Made by a program: the position numbers and the translations under genes. From Clostridia bacterium (lineage in GTDB: Bacteria; Bacillota; DSM-521; Neomoorellales; JACIYF01), in the NCBI GenBank assembly GCA_014360065.1, contig JACIYF010000004.1, positions 1 through 59,742 of the forward strand: a stretch of 59,742 nucleotides of DNA, given 5' to 3'. Shown here in pieces: positions 18,471-26,054 of this stretch. Position 1 is the first letter of the stretch. Each line of letters begins with the position of its first letter. Below the pieces are notes generated by a model. That model did not search any database, was not told the DNA's origin, and was given only the letters and a program-made list of their open reading frames with translations.

Positions 18471-18551
18471 ATCGAGAAAATGGATTTGAACAGCCTGATT
18501 GAGCTGTGGGAAACATACTACGACAAGATGAGCGAAGAAGACAGGGCCTAG
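18471..18551 (+). pseudogene. 3' end of the Mrr-like restriction endonuclease gene
   Basis: IEKMDLNSLIELWETYYDKMSEEDRA* fits the Mrr C-terminal tail (..I.LIDG..L..L..). An AACACCT..AGGTGTT-TTTT hairpin follows near 18601-18650. Confidence 0.55.
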
Positions 18552-18794
18552 ATGCCTCTGCGCCGGGTGGCATTTCTGGCGCCGCCCAAGGAGTAATTGA
18601 ACACCTGAGTCAGTCTCCGTGAGGCGGCCTAGGTGTTTTTCTTACTCGTATACTGGTTTCCCTGTGCCAAGGCTATTAGGCCTGCGTTGGCCCCACGGCT
18701 GGAACCGGTAGCGCAGGAAGTCCCAAAAACTGGGCTACCGGCGCCCTAAAGTTGCAAAGGGATTACGGGACCTGATCTCGCGCATTACTCCTTC

Positions 18795-19793
18795 CTAAGA
18801 GCAAGGAGGCTGTTGTCTGGGTTCAGGTTTGGGGACAGCCGAGAATTCGTGCAGCAGCCGGGCTTCCATCTCCGCAATTCTTGCCTCGACCGTCCCCAGG
18901 GCGTCCTCGGTGAAGTAGGTAGCTCCGTGCTTTTCCACCAGGACCTTTATCCCTTCGTACTGGGGAAGCTTCATCTCCCTTTCGGGCGGCACCGGGCAGA
19001 ACACCGGCCGCCCGTACCTCTTGGCAAACAGGGCAGTGTGCATGGTGCCGCTGTTTATGCCGGCCTGGACGGCTATCACGCCCAGGCTGAGCCCGGCCTG
19101 GATGCGGTCCCTCCTGATGAAGTCTGCCTTGGTTGCCGGGTTTCCCAGAGGCTTTTCGGAGAGAAGGCAGCCGCCTCGCTCAAGCGCCTCCATCATGAGA
19201 TGCCGGTTCTCGGCCGGATGGAGCTTATCCAGGGGGCCGCCGAGCACTCCCACGGTGATGCCGCCCGCCTCGATGGCCCCCCGGTGGGCAGCAGTATCAA
19301 TGCCTTTGGCAAAGCCGCTCACCACCACGTAGCCCTTGGCGGCAAAATAGGAGGCCATCATCGGTGCCCTGGCCCTGCCGGTGGGGGTGGGCTCCCTGGT
19401 TCCCACTACGGCTACGTTTCTTGTGCTTTTTAGACACTCGGACCTGCCGCGCACGAAGAGGATAGGGGGGAAGTCCGGTATGAGAGAGAGCAGCCGGGGG
19501 TAGCGGGCATCATAGAACGGAACCTCTTCGATGCCCAGCTCCCTGTCCCTGGAGAGCACTTCATGGGCTGACCTATGGGCCTTGTCGAGCGTGGATGGGT
19601 CCGTTACAACTGCCATTACATCGGTTCTGCCTCCCGGGGGGATGAGCGTCCTCACCAGCGCAGGACCGGCAGCCCGAAGCGCATCGACGGAATCAAACGC
19701 CTTCATAAGCCTGGCTATGGAAACGGGGCCGAGGACTCCCATCTGGAGGAGCGTAACCCCCAGGACCAGCCTGCCGTCGGCAGTTTCCTGCAT
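18795..19793 (-). CDS. dprA: DprA/Smf-family DNA-processing protein homolog
   Basis: GIDTAAHRGAIEAGGITVGVLGGPLDKLHPAENRHL...FIRRDRIQAGLSLGVIAVQAGINSGTMHTA matches the DprA Rossmann-fold signature. ATG 19793 has GGGAGGG upstream; the ORF track extends to 19850. Confidence 0.8.
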   Translation of the reverse strand: MQETADGRLVLGVTLLQMGVLGPVSIARLMKAFDSVDALRAAGPALVRTLIPPGGRTDVMAVVTDPSTLDKAHRSAHEVLSRDRELGIEEVPFYDARYPRLLSLIPDFPPILFVRGRSECLKSTRNVAVVGTREPTPTGRARAPMMASYFAAKGYVVVSGFAKGIDTAAHRGAIEAGGITVGVLGGPLDKLHPAENRHLMMEALERGGCLLSEKPLGNPATKADFIRRDRIQAGLSLGVIAVQAGINSGTMHTALFAKRYGRPVFCPVPPEREMKLPQYEGIKVLVEKHGATYFTEDALGTVEARIAEMEARLLHEFSAVPKPEPRQQPPCS

Positions 19794-19914
19794 GCTGCAT
19801 TCCCTCCCGTAAATAGGCACGGCTATAGTATACAGGCAACGCAAAGGCATTGTCCACGGCGGCAGAACTGCGGTGTGCAGGTGATTCCCCGCTGGCTATG
19901 CCTTGCGGCTCGGG

Positions 19915-20568
19915 CTAGCCGCCCATGATCTCCCAGTATTTCCTGGCCAAGTAATCCCGGGTTTTCTCGGCTTCTTTCCAGCCGCCGAAGAGGATGTGCC
20001 AGCGGAGGACGTCCAGGAAGTTGTGGGCCCTGCGGAAAATGCTCTCAAGTCGGTCCTCAAGCTTGATAAGGAGCCTTACCGGCCAGAGGTGCCTTCCGGC
20101 CAGGCGGTCGGCAGCCCGGCCTACAAGTCCGGCCAGGCTGGATATCCCGGGATTCAGGAAATTGGCCACCCGGATCCGGGTAACGGTGGTGTGCTTCACC
20201 ACGTGGTCGGCTACGAACCTGTGCCATTCCTGCTCCCAGGCCAGCTCCCGCAGGCGCCTCTGCTCTTCGGTTTCCGGCTCTTCCTCGTCCACGGACAGCA
20301 TCTCCTTGACCCGCTCTTCCAGCCGGAGGTCCTGTGCTACCGGGGCCGGGAGGTCTACCCTCTGGAGGAGCTCCATCAGGTAGTCGTCTTCATCCAGGCA
20401 GAAGTCCAGCGCCCGGATAAGCTTCTCATACCTCTCGCGGTAATCCTCCTCTTTCTGCCCCAGCGACCGCAGGGCCTGTCTCAGAAACTGATTTCTCTCC
20501 CGCAGGCTGGAGTTGTGCTTCTCCAGGACCAGGATCCTTTCCTTCAGGTCATCGACATCACGGTTCAT
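19915..20568 (-). CDS. hypothetical coiled-coil protein
   Basis: 217 aa with a charged heptad-like N-terminal half (DDLKERILVLEKHNSSLRERNQFLRQALRSL). AAGGGGG lies 8 nt upstream of the ATG. The antisense 256-aa ORF is P/G/L-rich and looks spurious. Confidence 0.6.
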   Translation of the reverse strand: MNRDVDDLKERILVLEKHNSSLRERNQFLRQALRSLGQKEEDYRERYEKLIRALDFCLDEDDYLMELLQRVDLPAPVAQDLRLEERVKEMLSVDEEEPETEEQRRLRELAWEQEWHRFVADHVVKHTTVTRIRVANFLNPGISSLAGLVGRAADRLAGRHLWPVRLLIKLEDRLESIFRRAHNFLDVLRWHILFGGWKEAEKTRDYLARKYWEIMGG

Positions 20569-21181
20569 GGCTGTACCCCCTTAAGCGTAGAAGTGGGCAA
20601 ACCAGCGGGCATTGGGAACCCTGCCAAGCCGGCGGGCAGGTCCCGTTCCCGCAAAAAAGCCCCCCATAAATAGACTCCCCAAAAGCCCTTCAAGCCTTGG
20701 GCGCCAGTGGCTCCAGCGATCGCAAACGGCCGCCCCAGTACCCACCCGGGCTGGCAATCCCGGGTGGTTTCACGGTCAAAGGCAGGCAGGGTTCAGCTTC
20801 TGATGCTATTGGGCGGATGTGTAGCTGTAGCAACCCATATGCATAACCATAATAAATAAATTTTTCTAGGCGGGCACGTGAACTAGGACGGGGCTTAGGA
20901 GCGATAGGCATCGGTGTTACCAATTTATAGTCAGATCCATAATCCTTTCGGTCAGGCGGGCAATTACCGGGCCAGTGCAGGCTGCTGATTGTTGCTATCA
21001 AGGACAGCCAGCTTTCTCGGTAGGCCTAGAGGCAGAACTAGGCTCAAAAAGTTTCCCGGCGACCGTCTGTGTCGTTCTGCTGGGTTATAATGGTTCATGT
21101 GAGAAGGAAAGTCGGAAGGTTCGGCATTCAACCAGCGGCGGCATTGTAACGATACGGCTGGCCGAAGGGGAGGGAAAAGGA

Positions 21182-21424
21182 ATGGGCCGCAGGAAGAGCA
21201 GGAAGCCCCGTGATGAGGTCGTGAATCTGGACGAATGCATAGAAAACGCTGACTGGACAAAGCGAACCTGGGATCTGCATGGGATAAACTCCAAAGAGGA
21301 CCTGTACCGGTGGCTGGGGGAGGGGCAAGAGGGTTTCGAGGAAAGGCTGGAGAACTTCAAGCGCCTGCCAGTCTATAGGTGGAATAAAGATAAGCCGGGG
21401 TTCGAGTGGTTGAAAGATGTCTGA
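21182..21424 (+). CDS. hypothetical small protein
   Basis: 80 aa from an internal ATG preceded by GGGAGGG. The longer ORF from 20975 lacks an RBS. Confidence 0.35.
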   Translation: MGRRKSRKPRDEVVNLDECIENADWTKRTWDLHGINSKEDLYRWLGEGQEGFEERLENFKRLPVYRWNKDKPGFEWLKDV

Positions 21425-22079
21425 CCCGATTCTTCGGAGGTTGCCGGAAACCGGAAGAAGCTGCCCAGCGGGATGAAGAAGTGCTGTTACTGCGCTGAAA
21501 TCATCAGAGGCGGGGCAGAAGTGTGGTCGAAAAAGTATGGTTGTTTGGCTCTTTATTGGAGGAAGGCTTTACGAAGAGGCCGAGCATTGACTTGTTTGGT
21601 CAAAAGCTCGTCCAGCCAGCCAACGTTACTGGCAGGCCTGTCATGAGGTGGAACAGACTGCATCTTCTATCCCGGTAAGCCTGGTACAGTATGAGGTAGC
21701 GGCACCAAATCTGAAACAGGAAGTGGCACCAGAGGGGATAAAGCTGTAGTTTTGCCGGCAATAGTTGGGGACGAGGGAGAGCCGGCCAAAAGCAAGGGAG
21801 CTTGAAGTTGCCGGAAAGACACAAGTCTCTCAGCGATATCCGTATACAAACCAGGGGTTAAAGTCCGGCTTTGCCGAGATAGACATCACTGCACACCGTC
21901 AGGCGGTGCAGCGATTTACTCGGATGCGATGGAATACGATTAATCTCGGTACAGGGTCATCACATCTCGGGAGAGCAGCAGTAAACGCCCTCAGGGTTTC
22001 CAAATCCCTGCGAGGAGGGTGCGGAAAGTCGAAAAGAAGTATTGATTTATAGCGACGTCTCGGTAGGAGGTGAGTTGGG

Positions 22080-22859
22080 ATGAATCTGGACAGGCTGAAA
22101 GAACAACTGAAGACTTTCGAGGGTAAGTTTGTAGCAGTTACTCTGGCAGTAACGCTTATCATGATGGGGATTGTGGGTTTCTTGGCTCTTACCGAAGACC
22201 AGGAAACCACAAAGGCAGGTTTGGTGAACGGTGCTCGTACTTCCGATTCCGAGATTGCGGTTAATTCTCCAAAATCTAAATCGGAACAATACCAGGAAGG
22301 AATTAGACTGCTTGAGCAAGGTGAGTGGGAAAAGGCCATTTATGCCTTTGCCGGCCTGAATCACGAAGCTTCTGAAATACTTTACAACTATGCTTGTGCC
22401 GAGGATAGCTTTAGCAACGAAAACTATTATAGTGCCGAGGTGTATTTGCAGGAGATCCCCGAGACTTATAAGGGTCCACTGTCAGAGAAAGTCCTGGCCA
22501 GGAAACACCAGTTGTTAAGCCAATTACCGGCCTTAAAAAAAGAACAATTAAAGAAGGAATCAGATCTAGAGGTCCTTAGCTGGAAATGGTACAGATCAAG
22601 TAACCACTTCGTGGAAGCAGTAGGGGAAGTCAAAAACATTAGCGGTAGGCCGCTGGAGAACGTCACTGCAGTAGTAAGTTTCTATGCTGGCGACGGAACC
22701 TTTATTACCTCGTCCCATGCGCTAATTGAGTATAATCCAATTCTTCCTGGTCAGGTGTCTCCATTTCGTGTAATTGAAACGTACAACCCGGAAATGAAAA
22801 AAGCAAACCTTCAATTCAAGTTTTTGTTTGGTGGTACGATAGCAAGCTTTCAGCAGTAG
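22080..22859 (+). CDS. membrane-anchored protein with FxLYD-like C-terminal domain
   Basis: 259 aa. AGGAGG upstream, one TM segment (FVAVTLAVTLIMMGIVGFLAL), and a C-terminal EVKNISGRPLENVTAVVSFYAGDGTFITS..LPGQVSPFRV pattern. Confidence 0.55.
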   Translation: MNLDRLKEQLKTFEGKFVAVTLAVTLIMMGIVGFLALTEDQETTKAGLVNGARTSDSEIAVNSPKSKSEQYQEGIRLLEQGEWEKAIYAFAGLNHEASEILYNYACAEDSFSNENYYSAEVYLQEIPETYKGPLSEKVLARKHQLLSQLPALKKEQLKKESDLEVLSWKWYRSSNHFVEAVGEVKNISGRPLENVTAVVSFYAGDGTFITSSHALIEYNPILPGQVSPFRVIETYNPEMKKANLQFKFLFGGTIASFQQ

Positions 22860-23063
22860 GTAATGTCCTAATGGCAGTGTAAGAATTAAGAGGCCCGAGC
22901 GAAGTTTGGAACTGGGAAAAACAAATAATTTCAAAAAGGGGCTCAGCCCCTTGAAATAAGGTACCACCAGTAGAGTCCAGTACAGTGGTGTAAAATCAGT
23001 GACCTTGCAAGAAGGAAAGGCCACTGCCCCTCTGGTATTGGACAAGTACCCGTACTAACCAAA

Positions 23064-23460
23064 TTGGAAGGATGTACAGTGGCCCAATACCAGATTGTTG
23101 CAGACAGCGAGATTCTGCAGCAGTCATTTATGCGAGGTCAGGGTCTTGCGCATCTTGTGAAAGAGATACTGAATCAGGTGCTTGAAGGTCAGGCCACCGA
23201 ACAGGTAGGAACAAAACCGTATGAACGTACCGAAGAGCGCAAAGGGTACAGTAACGGTCACTCACGCAAGGCCGCTTAAATCACGCGTAGGCGAATTAAG
23301 GCTGCAGGTTCCCCGGTCATGGAACGGCAGCTTCTCAACCGACTTGTTTGAACGGTACCAGCGCAGTGAACAGGCGCTTCTTCTGGCTATGATCGAGATG
23401 GTCGTCAACGGCGTCTTTACCTGAAAGGTCAGAGCTGTTGCGGAAGAACTGTGTACCCAA
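23064..23460 (+). mobile_element. IS256-family (mutator-type) transposase, N-terminal fragment with frameshift
   Basis: ..LVKEILNQVLEGQATEQVGTKPYERTEERKGYSNGH / LKSRVGELRLQVPRSWNGSFSTDLFERYQRSEQALLLAMIEMVVNGV / (S)TRKVRAVAEELC, spread over three frames. No DDE part is present. Confidence 0.7.
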
Positions 23461-24059
23461 GCCGAGGCTAATGCAGGAATACAAATGGAACGGAAAGACA
23501 TTTAAGCTTAGCGGTCAGCACGTTAAACCTATTATCAGCAGGGTCCCTGCCGCAGGCAAGTCATGGGATGCCAGCAGCGCACCGGCGGCATGGTGGTAAT
23601 GGCTGCGTAAGCCTCAGGCCTTTAAAACCCGTGGAGAGGGAGATGTACCTTGAGGGAGCAGTACGTCGACTTGGGTAACCCGCAATTCTGGAGGACCTTG
23701 AGGGCGGTGCTGAGAGGGTTAGCAGCCGTGAGGAGGCTCCAGCATAAGAAATACCCCAACGAGTTTCCGAAGGAGCTCCGGATCGTCGTAACGAGAAAGC
23801 GGGAAGAAGAGAAATACTAAGGACACACTTCCAAGAGCACGAAGGTGGCAGGCCCGGTAAAAAACTACGGCATCCCTGATGCAAACCCCTTCCTAGAACT
23901 ACAGCCTTGGCTAAAAGATTCGCGGGGGTTTCTTGTCGAGGACAGCCTGTGTCGCCCTCCTCGGATACAATGGAATTAGGCAGAAGTGGGCCCGGCAAGT
24001 TACGGCTGCTCTGACGCCGGGCCCGGGGTGGCTTGTGAAAGCACGGGAGGAGGAAGGCC

Positions 24060-25823
24060 ATGGGGAGGAGGAACGGGTTTCTTCAGACGGTACTGTTGTT
24101 CCTTGTATGTTTTGTGGTGGCGGTGGTTTTCATCCCGCAGCCGGTTAGAGCTGGGCCCGCGGCAGGAATGTTCTTTTCCGACATTGCCGGCAGCTGGGCC
24201 CGGCCCTACATCGAGGACCTCAAACAGTTCGACGCCATCAGCGGCTTCGCCGACGGAACCTTCAGGCCGAACGACAACGTTACCAGGGCTCAGTTCGCCA
24301 AGATGCTGGTTTCTGTCACCCAGGCCCGGGACCGGGTGCTGGCCGAAGACCAGAACGCAGCTGTCTACTACCCGGCCATAGACGCGGACGCCGGCGCATG
24401 CAGGTTTGCCGACGTGGCCGGCCCAAGCTGGGACTGGGCCCGCCCCTACATCGGCGGGGCGGTCAAGGCCGGGGTGATAAAGGGCTACTCGGATGGGCGC
24501 TTCGGCCCCAATGACTGCATAACCCGGGCCCAGCTTGCGGCCATGATCGGAAGGCTTCTTCCCGACAGGGTGGCCAAGCCTCTGGCCATGAGCGACGTGC
24601 CTGGCTGGTGCCGCGCCGAAGTGGCGAAAGCAGTGGGAGTGGGCGCGGTCTCCGGCTTCGCCGACGGGACCTTCAGGCCGGACGACTATGCCACCCGGGG
24701 CCAGGTGGCCAAGATGCTGGACTGCCTGATGCGGGGATACGACCCGACCAGGCAGAAGGCAGAACCCTCACCTGCACCCCCTTCCGAAAACCTGACTCCG
24801 GCCGAGATTGCCGAGCGGTTCGGGCCGGCCGTGGCCTACATCACCACCGCCGACTCGTCCGGCCGGCCGCTGGCCCGGGGATCGGGGTTTGTGGTTGGGG
24901 GCAGGAAGGTGGTGACCAATTTCCACGTCATTAAGGATGCCTGGTCAGTTTCTCTCGCCGTAGGCGGCAGGAGCTACCGGGTGACCTCTCTCGCCAACTA
25001 CGACGAGAAACGCGACATCGCGGTCATCGACCTGCCGGAGAGCGTCCCTGTCTCGGCGGAGCTCGGGGACTCGTCGGCTGTCAGAGCCGGGGACAGCATA
25101 GTGGTCATCGGGAATCCCCTGGGCCTGCAGAACACGGTCAGCACCGGAGTGGTGAGCTTCCCCGAACGGCTTATGAATGACGGTCTCAAGTGGCTTCAGA
25201 TCTCGGCTCCCGTGTCGCCTGGTTCCAGCGGCGGCCCGGTGTTCAACCTGCGGGGGGAGGTCATCGGGGTGGTGACCTGGGGCTATACCCCTGAAGCAAG
25301 CGCCCAGAACCTCAACTTTGCCGTGCCTGCCGACAGCGTGAAGCCGATGCTGACCACGAGCCGCCCGGTTGAGCTGTCGGCCCTGTTTCCGGCTGCCCCT
25401 CCGGTGTCTTACTCCGGGTTTGCCGGGTACGTTGAGGACACGTACCGATATACGGCCGTCGGCCCCTACACCTTGAGCTTTTACCGGGCAAGCGTGTTCG
25501 AGCTCTCTGATGGCACCATCGCTGTGGACCTTGCCGTAAACCTGGAACAGTCCCTTGAGCTGCTTAATGCGGTGAATGGCGGTTACAGGACAGGTGTCGA
25601 AGACTGGTTGCTGTCGATCTACTATGAGGCCAAAGCTGCGTTTCAGGAAAGAAACGTTGGGGTAGGTGTGACCTTGATTGATTATTTCTACACCTACCCC
25701 ACGTTTATTCCACCTGACTGCCTGACCCTGCAGCCGGACGGTACCTGGTTTGCCATCTATCCGGTGGCAATAGCCGGCAATTTCGGAGGCTACCCCCAGG
25801 TAGTCTGGTTCCCGGTGGGCTAG
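24060..25823 (+). CDS. SLH-domain cell-surface trypsin-like (S1C) serine protease
   Basis: Signal peptide. Three SLH repeats (FSDIAGSWARPYI.., FADV..DWARPYIGGAVKAGVIKGYSDGRFGPND, ..GFADGTFRPDD). Protease triad context GSGFVVGGRKVVTNFHVI / DIAVID / GSSGGPVFN. Confidence 0.8.
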   Translation: MGRRNGFLQTVLLFLVCFVVAVVFIPQPVRAGPAAGMFFSDIAGSWARPYIEDLKQFDAISGFADGTFRPNDNVTRAQFAKMLVSVTQARDRVLAEDQNAAVYYPAIDADAGACRFADVAGPSWDWARPYIGGAVKAGVIKGYSDGRFGPNDCITRAQLAAMIGRLLPDRVAKPLAMSDVPGWCRAEVAKAVGVGAVSGFADGTFRPDDYATRGQVAKMLDCLMRGYDPTRQKAEPSPAPPSENLTPAEIAERFGPAVAYITTADSSGRPLARGSGFVVGGRKVVTNFHVIKDAWSVSLAVGGRSYRVTSLANYDEKRDIAVIDLPESVPVSAELGDSSAVRAGDSIVVIGNPLGLQNTVSTGVVSFPERLMNDGLKWLQISAPVSPGSSGGPVFNLRGEVIGVVTWGYTPEASAQNLNFAVPADSVKPMLTTSRPVELSALFPAAPPVSYSGFAGYVEDTYRYTAVGPYTLSFYRASVFELSDGTIAVDLAVNLEQSLELLNAVNGGYRTGVEDWLLSIYYEAKAAFQERNVGVGVTLIDYFYTYPTFIPPDCLTLQPDGTWFAIYPVAIAGNFGGYPQVVWFPVG

Positions 25824-26054
25824 AGACCATCTGGGGCCGGGTGCCTGAGCGGAAAGGCCGGCGTGCAATTCTCTATCTCCTGTCCGGGTTAAAGGGGGAA
25901 GGAAGGTCAGCCGGCCGTTGACGGGAGGCTGAGAATCGGCGGACGGGACATGATTGGCGTTGAACCGGGCTCCATCGGCATGTTCCCGAGGAGCGGGCCG
26001 CAAGTCGAAACTCGGCATGTTTTCGTCAACTACGTACTGGAGGGATCTCGCGGG

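Noticed and set aside
20585-20660. GGGCAAACC...GCCAAGCCGGCGGG resembles part of a c-di-GMP-I (GEMM) riboswitch
   Set aside because: Only the first box matches, and the ACGCAAAGCC box and pairing partners are not convincing. No plus-strand gene follows within 500 nt, and the region is the upstream flank of a minus-strand gene.
19903-20673. 256-aa plus-strand ORF
   Set aside because: It is antisense to the coiled-coil gene, which has an RBS and protein-like composition. The plus-frame product is P/G/L/Q-rich and has no start context.
20975-21181. N-terminal extension of the 149-aa ORF
   Set aside because: It has no RBS, overlaps the promoter-like block, and has odd composition. The internal ATG at 21182 with GGGAGGG upstream is the more plausible start.
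21840-22060. GGGGTTAAAGTCCGG segment reminiscent of the RNase P GGAAAGUCCGG box
   Set aside because: The surrounding sequence lacks the other conserved RNase P helices. An isolated match in an accessory region is most likely chance.
23470-23990. About 500 nt without a credible ORF between the IS256 fragment and the SLH protease gene; considered as a group II intron fragment or other structured RNA
   Set aside because: I found no GUGYG 5' end, no domain V/VI signature, no RT ORF and no RNase P, tmRNA or SRP hallmarks. There are only short generic hairpins. It is probably decayed filler, though a covariance-model scan would settle it.
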